64,000 bases of DNA from Truepera sp. (GCA_965218435.1 CBDCKW010000009.1:928001-992000); one strand, 5' to 3'. Shown: positions 1 through 10,120, numbered from the stretch's first letter. Notes: generated by a model not told the origin, from the sequence alone. Made by a program: numbers and translations.

Positions 1-834
1 TCGTGAATCAGACTCGCTTCGGGGAGCAACATGTCTAACAGGGCGGGGCTGGCCCCCTCGAGTCCCAGTTCAACTTCGACAATTTCCGCGCCAGCGGCGC
101 GGAACACGTTACAAGCCTCTGCAAACGCCGCTAAAACAGCAGGCTGAACCTCCGTTTTTTCCAAGTAGCTGGGATCAACGCCGAACCGCAAACCTTCAAG
201 CGTGATGTCTAACGGAAACGCTCGGCCGGTTAGAACCCCTAGCAGCGCCGCCGCGTCGCGGCAAGTGCGGGCAATCGGCCCTACATGGTCGAGCGACCCC
301 GACAGCGGAAAAACTCCTTCTGCGTCAACCAAACCGTAACTCGGCTTAAACCCAACAACGCCGCAGTAGGACGCCGGGATCCGGATCGAACCGCCCGTAT
401 CGGTACCTACCGCCGCAAAACACAGCCCTGCAGCAACCGCCGCTGCGCTGCCACCCGACGAGCCTCCGGCAGTGTGCGCGTGATCCCAAGGGTTGAGCGT
501 CGGACCGAAGTCCGGGTGGACGACGCCGTAGGCGAACTCGAGCAGATTGGTTTTTCCTAAACTGATCGCGCCCGCTTCTTTCAAGCGGCGCACAACCGCC
601 GCGTCTTTTGCCGGAACGTGCGCTGCTCTCAATCTGGAACCGTACGTTGTCCGTACCCCGGCGGTATCAACAAGGTCTTTAAGTGCCACCGGAACGCCGT
701 GCATAAGTCCTCGGTCTAGGCCGCTAAACAGCTCCACTTCGGCGCGTTTCGCCTCTTGTCGCGCTGTTTCTGCAGTCACCGTAACGAACGTGTTGAGCAC
801 CGGGTTGAGCTGCCCAATCCGGTTTAGCAGCGTT
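1..834 (-). pseudogene. Amidase (GatA-like), 5'-truncated at a junction with IS200 tnpA; continues off the left edge
   Basis: Manual minus-strand translation gives HGVPVALKDL, GKTNLLEFAYG, GGSSGGSAAAVAAG and GTDTGGSIRIPASYCG (amidase signature). No start codon; it abuts the tnpA sequence. Confidence 0.85.
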
Positions 835-1277
835 CTGATGTACCACATAGTTTTTCCGGCGAAGCACCGTCGCGCGGTGATAGACGATGAAGTTGACAAC
901 GTGCTCAAAGAAGTCTGCGTGGAGATTGAGAAGCGTTACGAGATCATATTTTTAGAGATAGGCACAGACAAGGATCATGTCCATTTTCTGGTGCAATCGG
1001 TGCCCACTTACACGGTTGTAAAGATCGTGCGAACGATCAAAAGTATTACCGCACGTGAAGTGTTCCGGCAATGTCCACAAGTCAAGAAGAAGCTTTGGGG
1101 GGGAGAGTTCTGGTCGGATGGCTACTTTGCCAGTACCGTAGGCAAACATGGTGATGAAGGCTTGATAGGCTCGTATGTAAGAAAGCAGGGAAAGCACTAT
1201 CAACAACTGCACCAGACGCAGCAGGGGAGCTTGTTTGACTGGAATACCCCGTCCGCTTGCGGCGGGGTTCTTTATTC
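829..1277 (+). mobile_element. tnpA: IS200/IS605 tnpA (Y1 HUH), N-terminally truncated, with right-end hairpin
   Basis: YHIVFPAKHRR, DHVHFL (HUH motif) and LWGGEFWSDGYF. Hairpin CCCCGTCCGCTTGCGGCGGGG at ~1247-1267. Confidence 0.9.
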
Positions 1278-1576
1278 GTTTTCCCAGCTTCCGCCGCCAT
1301 ACTTTTAGCCTTTTCAGCAGCCCTCAAAGCGTCTTTCTCCGCTTGCTTTGCCTGTGTGATAGCAGCTTCAACACCAAGACCCTTAAAGGTAAGGCTAGCG
1401 ATTTCGTCAACTTGCAACAACACAAGAGTAACTAATCCTGTGACAGCCAGAGGCCAGACAGATATATGAGCAACAGAGAAACCCAACACACCTAGAAGCG
1501 TAAAAGCGACGACTCCAATCTGAGCAATCGCTAGCCACCTTTCAAAAGGTTCTGGCGGCTTCACTTCTTCAGCCAT
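1278..1576 (-). pseudogene. Hypothetical two-TM protein, 3'-truncated by IS200
   Basis: Two hydrophobic segments followed by a coiled-coil-like stretch; the ORF reads into the IS200 end. Confidence 0.6.
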
Positions 1577-1668
1577 CCGAACACTCTTTGGACCTCTCTA
1601 CCAAACAGCAGTTGGGACAGCTCATAGAGGGCCGCAGCTAGTCCAGCCAGAGCGAAAAAGAGCGCCAT
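1561..1668 (-). CDS. 35-aa hydrophobic peptide MALFFALAGLAAALYELSQLLFGREVQRVFGWLKK
   Basis: Below the ORF-track cutoff. Paralog of 2617-2751 with several synonymous differences. Confidence 0.7.
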   Translation of the reverse strand: MALFFALAGLAAALYELSQLLFGREVQRVFGWLKK

Positions 1669-1693
1669 TTCGACATTTTACTGTGATTGGCAC

Positions 1694-1945
1694 TTAGCCC
1701 TTGATACGGTAGCGCCCCGGCGCACTGCCTCGAGCGAGCTTTACGTCCTCGAGTAGCCCCATCTCGCGCAGACGGGTGAGAGCTGTTTGTACTGATGTCG
1801 GCGTGACCCCTAGCAGCTCGGCCAGCTCACGGACGGTGTAACTCACCGTCCCTTGAGGCCCTAGCCAGACAAAGAGCAGTTTGGTCGTCGGCGCTTCGGC
1901 TTGGAGGGCCGGGGGGAGTGGGGGCGGGTCGGTGAGGACGGTCAT
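1694..1945 (-). CDS. Small winged-helix DNA-binding protein
   Basis: YTVRELAELLGVTPTSVQTALTRLREMGLL; paralog of 2784-3062. Confidence 0.8.
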   Translation of the reverse strand: MTVLTDPPPLPPALQAEAPTTKLLFVWLGPQGTVSYTVRELAELLGVTPTSVQTALTRLREMGLLEDVKLARGSAPGRYRIKG

Positions 1946-1953
1946 AGATGAGG

Positions 1954-2592
1954 TTATCCCTCTTGCATTTGCTGCACTAGTTTGCGTTGAACCTCAGCGG
2001 TTTTTTCGATCAACTTCTTCCATTCGGTTTCGCTCTCCCGATAGTCTTTCTTCACATTGTCGAGCTCAGCCTCACGAGGGTGTAAACTAAATTCGTAAAC
2101 GCCCCACAAACCAAAAGGGACGATTTTCAGGAGATTCTCCACTTTCTTGAAAGCCTTACCTAACTCAACAATATCTGAGTTCTTTTGGATAGAGCCGTCA
2201 AACCATACCGTTAGACGCGCTAAGTCGTAGGTAAACCAAGACTGACGCATGGAACCTAAAGCGTCAAACTTTGATAGCAGCTCTCCAGATTGAACCTTAA
2301 TCTCTTCAGATTTATCATTATCTGAACTTTGATAACGCTCAAAAGTATATGCGTTAGAAATCAATCTATCGACCTCAGCAAAACTTTCAGCCAAAACCTT
2401 TATAAAACCGTCAAGTGCTTGAATTATTTCTTCAGCGTCTCGAGCTTGTTTCTCTAAGAACCACTCGCGGCGCTTATGACTACGCTCAACCTCTTTTGAT
2501 CTTGAGACGAAGTAGTTATTAAGCAAAGCGACCGCTAAAGCCGTAAAACCCCCAACGAGAGCTGACTGAACAGCGACATTAAGTGTAAGCAT
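1954..2592 (-). CDS. Hypothetical protein with N-terminal TM helix, AT-rich
   Basis: 212-aa ORF with a hydrophobic N-terminus and helical body; visibly lower GC than the flanks. Confidence 0.7.
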   Translation of the reverse strand: MLTLNVAVQSALVGGFTALAVALLNNYFVSRSKEVERSHKRREWFLEKQARDAEEIIQALDGFIKVLAESFAEVDRLISNAYTFERYQSSDNDKSEEIKVQSGELLSKFDALGSMRQSWFTYDLARLTVWFDGSIQKNSDIVELGKAFKKVENLLKIVPFGLWGVYEFSLHPREAELDNVKKDYRESETEWKKLIEKTAEVQRKLVQQMQEG

Positions 2593-2616
2593 TCACGTCC
2601 TAGAACTTGCTCAAGT

Positions 2617-2751
2617 CTACTTTTCTTCACGCTTTCGGGGCTCCCCCGACCTCAACCACTCAAACATTCTTTGGGTCTCTCTACCAAAGAGCAGTTGAGA
2701 CAGCTCAAAGAGGGCTAAAGCCAACCCAGCTAGAGCGAAAAAGAGCACCAT
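2617..2751 (-). CDS. 44-aa hydrophobic peptide MVLFFALAGLALALFELSQLLFGRETQRMFEWLRSGEPRKREEK
   Basis: GGAG lies shortly upstream of the ATG; paralog of 1561-1668. Confidence 0.7.
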   Translation of the reverse strand: MVLFFALAGLALALFELSQLLFGRETQRMFEWLRSGEPRKREEK

Positions 2752-2783
2752 TTCGATACTCCAGCGGGCATTACCGTTTTCCG

Positions 2784-3062
2784 CTAGTAAGTATATGGTT
2801 CTCCTAATACCTCAAATGTCGGACGCTGCCGGGGCTGCCGCTCGCCGACGTAGCACAGCAGCCCAAGGGCCTCGAGCCGCTTTATCCCCGCTGCAACTGA
2901 AGGCGGCGACGCGCCCAACGCTTCTGCCACGCCGCGCACGGTGTAGCTCACTGTCCCTTGAGGCCGCAGATACACCCACAAGAGCTTCGTTACGGGCGTC
3001 TCAGCGCGGAGCGGCTCAGGTAGCACGTAGGGGTCTCTGTGGGGCTTTCGGGACTGGCTCAT
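2784..3062 (-). CDS. Small winged-helix DNA-binding protein
   Basis: TKLLWVYLRPQGTVSYTVRGVAEALG; RBS AAGGA upstream. Confidence 0.8.
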   Translation of the reverse strand: MSQSRKPHRDPYVLPEPLRAETPVTKLLWVYLRPQGTVSYTVRGVAEALGASPPSVAAGIKRLEALGLLCYVGERQPRQRPTFEVLGEPYTY

Positions 3063-3078
3063 AGTTTCCTTTCATCGT

Positions 3079-3207
3079 GGCAGGGTTCCGCCGCGAGTGT
3101 AGCAATGCGGCGCAGGACTGCCCAACTCTCTCACTGACGACGCGACGGCACAAACGACTAGAGGCAGGGTTCCCCGGCACGAGCGGAGCGATGTAGCGTG
3201 GACTGCC
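3079..3207. repeat. Two tandem imperfect stem-loop repeats GGCAGGGTTCC...GGACTGCC (3079-3122, 3163-3207)
   Basis: Seen directly; each copy is closed by GGCAG/CTGCC. Confidence 0.7.
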
Positions 3208-3302
3208 GTTTCGCGCTCACTGTAAACGCAGCGGTGCGGAGGCGGCCAACCGCCGCCCCCGCTAGGTTAAAGGCCCTAGTGGGCCTGACCTGGCACGCGG
3301 AC

Positions 3303-3671
3303 TTAATACTCGCTCGGCAACATCACCACCCATTCGCCCCCGGCGTCTTGCAAGTAGAGCTTGGTGAACCCCAACGGAAAGTCCGTAAAAGGGATGTGCT
3401 GAGCGTGATACACGGTCTTGGGTTCGCGCCCGTCATGAAGCTCGAGCGCCCCTTTACGCGCCGCTACTTTCAGCTCGAGCACCGCAAAATCATCGTCAAT
3501 TTTAGAGAGCACACTCCACGCGGGGTCCAGAACCTAGAACGCCCCGGCGTGTTCGGCTAAGTAATACGCCCCGTCGGTGCCTAACAAGCCGGGGTGCGTG
3601 CGGTGGTAGCTTTCAGAACCGCTAAAGTGCGCGAGGTTTACGGCAAGTTCGGCAGGAGAGAGGCGCATCAT
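3303..3671 (-). pseudogene. DUF6876-like MGE protein with in-frame TAG at 3534-3536
   Basis: LAHFSGSESYHR..TDGAYYLAEHAGAF*V..QHIPFTDFP..VMLPSEY. Confidence 0.7.
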
Positions 3672-4050
3672 CTGCGCCCCTCGGGTAAGTGCCGACTCAG
3701 CACAATCTGCGGCTCGACGGCAACAGTTACGAACCCCAACGGTCGACCTTCGTCCGCACGAGACTAGACAAGCTGACCAAACGCCCGGTGGGGGTCGTAA
3801 TCGTAGGTGGTGAGCATCCGCACGCCGACGCCGTGCGCGGGGCAGCGGTCGCCGGTCTGCTGGACGTAGGTGAGGGCGTCACGCCGTAAAGCAGCTTCAC
3901 AGGCCTCGAGCCCGCACTCAGCTCTTTAAGGGTTGTAAGCAGCTCGGCGTTTTGGTTTTCAAACGCCCGTTTTTCTTCTTTCATGGCTTCTTCGGCGCTT
4001 GCTAAGAGGCGGCGCAAACTCGCCACCTCATAAACTCTCTCTTGAATCAC
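3668..4050 (-). pseudogene. Degraded hypothetical MGE/phage protein
   Basis: Coiled-coil N-terminus, then an apparent frameshift; tightly coupled to neighbouring genes. Confidence 0.35.
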
Positions 4051-4141
4051 GCCGTCACCGGCCAGAAGGGGTCGTCTTCAGGGTCTAGGGGCTCGAGCAC
4101 GATAATCGGCGGCAGCTCGTCGTCTTCCTCGGCGGCAAGCC

Positions 4142-4454
4142 TTGCTTGAACTGCTCGACGACCGTTACGAACGCGGCTCAACCTTGATCGCCAGCCAGCT
4201 TCCAGTGGAGAGCTGGTACGAGTTTCTCGGTGACCCCACCTTAGCCGACGCTATTCTCGACCGCGTGCTGCATAGTGCCTACCGCCTTGAACTCAAAGGG
4301 GAAAGTTTAAGAAAGCGCAGACGCTTGACGAAAGAGGAGGTGACTGCGCCATAATAACGAAGCTTGCGTCGCTTCGCTCCGAGACTGGTCAGATTCGGTA
4401 AATTGCGTGGTCACGTCGCTGTAAATTGACTGCCCAAATTCGGTGGAATACGCA
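4142..4454 (+). mobile_element. istB: IS21 remnant: istB C-terminus plus right end
   Basis: LLDDRYERGSTLIASQLP..ADAILDRVLH..GESLR; terminus ...GGAATACGCA with subterminal repeats. Confidence 0.9.
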
Positions 4455-4487
4455 GGTTGCTTAGAAAGTTGTTTCGCAGATGATTCA

Positions 4488-4925
4488 GTGAGCAGATTCA
4501 AAAGATTATCGCATAGCATCTATGAATGCAAATACCACGTGGTGTTCTGCCCGAAGTACAGGTTTCGGGTGCTGAAAGGAGAAGTCGGAGCGTACACGGA
4601 ACGCCTGCTCTACAAACTGGTGGAACAGAAAGCGGGCGTAGAAGTGCTAGAGCTAAACGTGCAGGCGGACCATGTCCACGCGGTGCTGAAAGTAGCGCCG
4701 AAGTACGCAGTATCAAGCGTCATGGGCTACCTGAAAGGAAAAGCGAGTATTCGTCTGTTCCAGCGCTACGAGAAGCTGGGAAAGCGGTACTGGGGTCGCC
4801 ACCTGTGGAGCCGAGGCTACTGCGTGAGTACGGTGGGGCTGGACGAAGAGAAAATCAGGAAGTATGTGAAATGGCAGGAGGCTAAGGAGAAGCAGCTTGA
4901 ACAACAAGGCTTGTTCAAGGAGTAA
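4488..4925 (+). CDS. tnpA: IS200 transposase TnpA
   Basis: SHSIYECKYHVVFCPKYR, DHVH and HLWSRGYCVSTVG. IS200-type right-end hairpins at ~4930-4992; the left end is cut by IS21. Confidence 0.92.
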   Translation: MSRFKRLSHSIYECKYHVVFCPKYRFRVLKGEVGAYTERLLYKLVEQKAGVEVLELNVQADHVHAVLKVAPKYAVSSVMGYLKGKASIRLFQRYEKLGKRYWGRHLWSRGYCVSTVGLDEEKIRKYVKWQEAKEKQLEQQGLFKE

Positions 4926-5084
4926 CTAAAACCACTTGCCACCTTTCAGGGGCAGATGCCCAAGCCACTATCTCTGGTGGTGGTACTTTGACTAACGGCA
5001 AAAGCAAACGGTAACACTTTAACCGCTGACGCACATAAAAATAGACTTGCCGCAACAAAGCTGCGAGGGCTCGAGTCCAACCCG

Positions 5085-6345
5085 TAGGGCCACCGCAAAG
5101 TCAGGAAGCGAGGAGTTTAAGGAGGTAGTCGCGGTCCCAGCCTGCGCGTAAGCGTTTGGCTTCGACACCTGCCTTGATGGTTTTGTTTCGTTTCAGCAGG
5201 TTCATGGCGAGATGTCTAAGCGCGACCCAGGTCGCTTGGGCGTTTTTGAGACGTGTGCGCGGGCGGTCTTCGTCAAAAGCCACATCCAACACCCAATGTA
5301 GGCCGTTTTCGATACCCCAGTGAAAGCGTACCGTTCGGAGAATACGCTCGGCATCGAGTGGCAAGCTGGTGATGAAGTAACGGCTGTGCGCGGTTGTGTG
5401 GTTGCCGACTGTACGGCTTGCGTAGACGCGCACGATGCTGGTCAAGTCGCGCCAGCTCTCACGTTCATGCAGCCACTCGGGAACCGCCAACACCCGGCAT
5501 TCGCGTGTTTCACTGCGTCCATGCCCCTGCTCAGTCGTTTGGGTGTGGCTATGTTCAAGCTCCCAGTTGACTTTATCGGCGTAGCCGAAGAAGCCCTTGA
5601 CATCTTCAAACAGCGTGGGGTGGTTGTCCTTGAGCGCCAGCAAGTAATGTACTAGGCCCACGAGGGCCGGGCTTTGCCCGTACTAGATGCTCTCGAACCG
5701 TCCACGCCACCTGCTTGTGTTCCCATAGCGTCTGTGGTGACAACCGCCCCGGCGGGGTTGACAACTTCCAACAGTTCGGGGATGACGGTGATCTCGTTTG
5801 TCTTCTCCGGCACCTGCTGTTGGGCTAAGACAACCTCAAGCGTCTTGGACAAAACGGCATGTTCGGCTTGCGCCTCCACCGGGCCTGTCCGCTGACTCGA
5901 CCATACACTTACCGTGTGCAGTGCCCCTTCTTTGCCAGCAGAGCCTCTAGCACTCTTGCCGTCAAGCGCCAGCACCTCATCCTCTCCTTCAGCCAACGCC
6001 GGTAGCACCAGCGTCTGGGTTCAAGACAAAAAACGCGACTGCCAAGCGTCTGGACTCAGCACTGCAAACACCCGCTCAAACGTGGCTTGACTCGGTATCC
6101 CAGAAGGTAACTTTAGAAAGCTACGCAACCACGTCTCGTGTGCTAAGGCGTACTGATGTATCTGGCTATACGTGTTCGCCCCGCAGATAACCGCCAAAAT
6201 GCTGATGCACACAATGTCTACTAGCTCATGCCGAATCCCACGGCGATCACGCGGGTCGGGTAAGTTGGCAAAGTGCTTGATCAGTTCAGGTAAGTCTCGT
6301 TCTGTCATCCACCAACTCTACGTTGCCGACTTTGCGGTTGCCCTG
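5085..6345 (-). mobile_element. ISAs1-family IS, transposase pseudogene in three fragments
   Basis: IRs TAGGGCCACCGCAAAGTC / GACTTTGCGGTTGCCCTG; motifs PDPR, ALDGK, NEITVIPELL and HWGIENGLHWVLDVAFDED. Confidence 0.92.
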
Positions 6346-6410
6346 CCAGAAAAGCTTGATCATCGCCTGCCAGCGTCCGTTACTTGACCCCACCCGCGTA
6401 AGCTGAACAG

Positions 6411-7148
6411 ATGAAACGCTTTCTTCGCGGTTTGCTGGTCATTTTGCTCGTGTTTCTCGCCTTCGCTGCCGGACGACTCTACCCCGTTTTGCGCCGCCCG
6501 CCGCTCATCCCACGTCAAGATGCGGTGGTCGCAGGCGTCAACCCTGCGCAGGTGCCGGTTTCGTACAACCCGGATTTAGGCGGATTTATAGACGTCGGGC
6601 CGAGAGACTTCCGCACGCTGTTTATCTTTTACCCCGGCGGTTTGGTCCGTCCGCAAGCCTACACCTGGCTCGGGGTGGTGTTGGCGCCGCTTGGGATACG
6701 GACGCTCATACCGGTATTCCCGGTTGATTTGGCGGTCACTGCACCCAACCGGGCCGACCAACTTTTGCCGCTGGCTGAAGGTAAACCCGTCGTTTTAGGC
6801 GGACATTCACTCGGCGGGGCGATGGCGGCGCGTTACGTGGTGCGGCATCCGAACGCGGCGACCGGGCTCGTATTGATGGGGGCTTACAGTGCCGACGGTG
6901 ACGACCTGAGCAGTTTGCCGCTGGATGTATTGGTACTCGCGGCTGAGAATGATAGATTGGCTTCACTAGCAGAAGTGCGTGCCGGGCTGGGGCGGCTTCC
7001 TGAATCAGCCCAGCTCACCGTCATCAGCGGTTCGGTTCACAGTTTTTTTGGACGCTACGGACCACAAGCCGGAGACGGTCTTCCGAGCGTGACCAGAACT
7101 GCTGCCGAGCGGCAAACCATCGGTGCGTTGCGGTCATTTTTTAGATAA
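6411..7148 (+). CDS. Alpha/beta hydrolase
   Basis: FYPGG, GHSLGG nucleophile elbow, HSFFGRYG. Confidence 0.85.
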   Translation: MKRFLRGLLVILLVFLAFAAGRLYPVLRRPPLIPRQDAVVAGVNPAQVPVSYNPDLGGFIDVGPRDFRTLFIFYPGGLVRPQAYTWLGVVLAPLGIRTLIPVFPVDLAVTAPNRADQLLPLAEGKPVVLGGHSLGGAMAARYVVRHPNAATGLVLMGAYSADGDDLSSLPLDVLVLAAENDRLASLAEVRAGLGRLPESAQLTVISGSVHSFFGRYGPQAGDGLPSVTRTAAERQTIGALRSFFR

Positions 7149-7164
7149 ACGCTAAACTTAGCAG

Positions 7165-7839
7165 ATGGCCACTTCACTACAGACACAAGCAACTGAACAC
7201 GCCGAGTTGTTAGACAAGTGGTTGGAGGCGCTCCCGGATTTTGACCTGACCAGCCTCGAGCCCAGCCGTACCGCCCTAGTCAGCGTAGACGTCATCGAAG
7301 GCTTTACCCAAGAAGGCGCACTCGCCAGCCCGCGCGTCGGTGCGATTGTGCCCAACGTAGCGGCGCTCGTGGCCCACTTGGATGATCTCGGTGTGCCCGC
7401 GTCTCAGATTGCGTTTGTGCAAGATACACACCCGCAAAACGCGGAAGAGTTCACGGCGTATCCGCCGCACTGTATTGAGGGCACGGCTGAAGCCGACGCT
7501 GCTCAGGTTTTGCAAGACCTGCCGAATTGGGCGCGGTATCAGCATTTTGAAAAAAACAGCATCGCCAGCCATACGAGTGAAGGGTTTAACAGGTGGCTCG
7601 AGGCCCAAGACGTAGACACGATGATCGCGGTGGGGGACGTGACCGATCTGTGCCTCTACACGCTCGCGCTGCATTTGCAAGTCCGCACCTTCGCGCGTGG
7701 CCTGGGCCAGCGCATCGTCGTGCCCGAGTCGTGTGCTCAAACCTGGGACGCGCCCGATCATCCCGGCGACCTCTATCACCTGCTGTTTTTGTATCAGTTG
7801 GCCCGTAATGGGGTCGAAGTCGTACGCGCTTTACACTGA
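7165..7839 (+). CDS. Isochorismatase/nicotinamidase family cysteine hydrolase
   Basis: [26 protein letters not shown]. Confidence 0.85.
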   Translation: MATSLQTQATEHAELLDKWLEALPDFDLTSLEPSRTALVSVDVIEGFTQEGALASPRVGAIVPNVAALVAHLDDLGVPASQIAFVQDTHPQNAEEFTAYPPHCIEGTAEADAAQVLQDLPNWARYQHFEKNSIASHTSEGFNRWLEAQDVDTMIAVGDVTDLCLYTLALHLQVRTFARGLGQRIVVPESCAQTWDAPDHPGDLYHLLFLYQLARNGVEVVRALH

Positions 7840-7980
7840 GTACGTTCTGCACGCACGGGAAAGCGGCGCAGCGTAAAAAGTGTGCGGTATGCACATTCTA
7901 TAAACCAACCTAATCTGTAGACTTACGCAGATTGATGGTCGGGCAGAGAGCTACGACCTACGGCGGTCTGAAAGGTCTTC

Positions 7981-9747
7981 ATGAGTTGGGAAGCTTGGGT
8001 CAGTGTCAGCGTGATCGTCTTAAATGTATTGCTGCTCATCGTGACGCGTATCGGCGCGGACATCGTGCTCGTCTCGGGGGTGACGGTGCTTTTGCTCCTT
8101 GGCATCCTGTCGCCGTCTGACGCGCTTTCAGGGTTGGCCAACGAAGGGATGGTCACCGTCGGTGTGCTTTATGTGGTCGTCGCGGGTCTGCGTGAGACAG
8201 GCGGCGTCAACTGGTTAGGACAACATCTTTTCGGGCGGCCCAAATCGCTGTCCGGTGCGCAGTTTCGGTTGATGGCTCCGATTACGGCGCTGAGCGCAGT
8301 GCTCAACAACACACCGCTGGTAGCGATGATGATTCCGGCCGTATCGGATTGGGCGAAACGCAACCGTTTGTCGGCCTCGAGGCTGATGATTCCGCTGTCT
8401 TACGCCGCGATTTTGGGCGGGACGTGCTCACTCATCGGGACGAGCACCAATTTGGTGGTCAACGGGTTACTTATTGAACAAACTCAGGTTCGCTTTAACT
8501 TGTTTGACATCGCCTGGGTCGGGGTACCGTGTGCGCTCGTCGGTATCGCCTTTATCGTCTTGGTCGGGCGCTGGCTCCTCCCCGACCGGAACTCGGTCAT
8601 GAGTCAGCAGGGTGACCCGCGCGAATACACTCTCGAGATGCTCGTTGAAAAGGGCGGTCCGCTCGTCGGCAAGAGCATCGAAGAGGCGGGGCTCCGCAGC
8701 CTGCCGCAGCTTTACCTGGGCGAGATCGAACGTGGTGACCGCGTCTTTCCCGCCGTCGGCCCTGAAGAGGTGTTGCAAGGCGGCGACCGGCTGGTGTTTG
8801 TGGGCGTCGTTGAATCGGTCGTTGACCTTAACAAGATTCGGGGGCTGATGCCCGCACCCGAGCAGGTGAGCAAACTCACGACGCCGCGTTCGCAGCGCTC
8901 GCTTATTGAAGCGGTGGTCTCGAACAGTTCACCTTTGGTCAACAAAAGTGTGCGAGCCGGAGGCTTCCGCACAATCTACAACGCGGTCATTATCGCCGTG
9001 GCCCGAAACGGCGAGCGTATCAATCAAAAGATCGGCGATATCGTCTTGCAAGTCGGCGATACGCTGCTCCTCGAGGCTCCCCCAAGCTTTGCCCGGACGC
9101 ACCGCAATTCTCGAGATTTTCTCTTAGTCAGTCAGGTAGCGAACTCCACGCCACCCAAACACGAACGCTCCGTCGTCGCCTTTTCAATCCTGATCGGGAT
9201 GATCTTACTCGTGACCTTGAACGTCTTAAGCATGTTGCAAGCGTCTCTACTCGCGGCCGGACTGATGCTCCTGACCCGCTGCATCTCCGGCGCGGCGGCG
9301 CGGCGCAGCGTGGACTGGCAGGTTTTAATCGTGATCGCGTCGTCGTTTGGACTCGGCAAGGCGCTCGAGGTCACCGGCGCAGCCGAGGTTATCGCCGGGA
9401 ACTTGGTCCGCGTGGCTGGCGGTAACGCCTACTTGAGCCTGATTATTATCTACTTTGTCACCATGCTCTTTACCGAGATGATTACCAACAACGGCGCAGC
9501 CGTCTTGATGTTTCCTATCGCTTTAGCTACTGCCAACGGCTTAGACGCCAACTTTGCCACCTTTGCCATTGCCATTATGATGGCGGCCTCGGCAAGCTTT
9601 TCAACGCCGATCGGTTACCAGACCAACCTGATGGTTTACGGTCCCGGCGGCTACCGTTTTACCGACTATTTTCGTATCGGCATCCCGATGAACCTGCTGA
9701 TGGCGACGATTACCTTGCTGATTGCGCCTCTAGTTTGGCCGCTCTAA
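7981..9747 (+). CDS. SLC13 family permease with TrkA-C domains
   Basis: LNNTP, LIGTSTNL and TPIGYQTNLMVYGPGGY; central soluble RCK-C repeats. Confidence 0.92.
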   Translation: MSWEAWVSVSVIVLNVLLLIVTRIGADIVLVSGVTVLLLLGILSPSDALSGLANEGMVTVGVLYVVVAGLRETGGVNWLGQHLFGRPKSLSGAQFRLMAPITALSAVLNNTPLVAMMIPAVSDWAKRNRLSASRLMIPLSYAAILGGTCSLIGTSTNLVVNGLLIEQTQVRFNLFDIAWVGVPCALVGIAFIVLVGRWLLPDRNSVMSQQGDPREYTLEMLVEKGGPLVGKSIEEAGLRSLPQLYLGEIERGDRVFPAVGPEEVLQGGDRLVFVGVVESVVDLNKIRGLMPAPEQVSKLTTPRSQRSLIEAVVSNSSPLVNKSVRAGGFRTIYNAVIIAVARNGERINQKIGDIVLQVGDTLLLEAPPSFARTHRNSRDFLLVSQVANSTPPKHERSVVAFSILIGMILLVTLNVLSMLQASLLAAGLMLLTRCISGAAARRSVDWQVLIVIASSFGLGKALEVTGAAEVIAGNLVRVAGGNAYLSLIIIYFVTMLFTEMITNNGAAVLMFPIALATANGLDANFATFAIAIMMAASASFSTPIGYQTNLMVYGPGGYRFTDYFRIGIPMNLLMATITLLIAPLVWPL

Positions 9748-9784
9748 GCTTTAACCTGCAAAACGGCGTGAGCTGTTCGGCAGC

Positions 9785-10120
9785 TCACGCTTCGCTTTTT
9801 GTGGTCTCTTTTTTGCCGCCCTCGCTGTGCATCTGGGCACGCTGCTCTTTGGTATACAAAAACCCTTCAAATACGTCGTCTAACCACGAGGTCAAAACGA
9901 GGTTGAGTAAAAGCGTGACTAAGATGGACTCGAGGATCAGCTTGAGCCACAAAACAAGCGCACCTTGCGAGTTGATAATCGGCCAGCTTTCCGGCAAGAA
10001 CTGTTTGCTAATAAAGTCAAACCCATACGACAAGATGAGGAGCGGCGGGAAAAGACCGAGCCACTGAACGATCATAAGTTTCCAAGTTGGGGGTGAAGGT
10101 CCTTTTTTTGGGTCACTCAT
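9785..10120 (-). CDS. Small membrane protein
   Basis: PPTWKLMIVQWLGLFP; two TM segments. Confidence 0.6.
   Translation of the reverse strand: MSDPKKGPSPPTWKLMIVQWLGLFPPLLILSYGFDFISKQFLPESWPIINSQGALVLWLKLILESILVTLLLNLVLTSWLDDVFEGFLYTKEQRAQMHSEGGKKETTKSEA

Noticed and set aside
547..1308. 253-aa ORF as a novel TnpA fusion
   Set aside because: The N-terminal part is just the antisense strand of the amidase.
1577..2760. ~95-bp direct repeat read as a non-coding attC-like or CRISPR repeat
   Set aside because: Both copies are open frames with synonymous divergence, so they are better explained as peptide genes.
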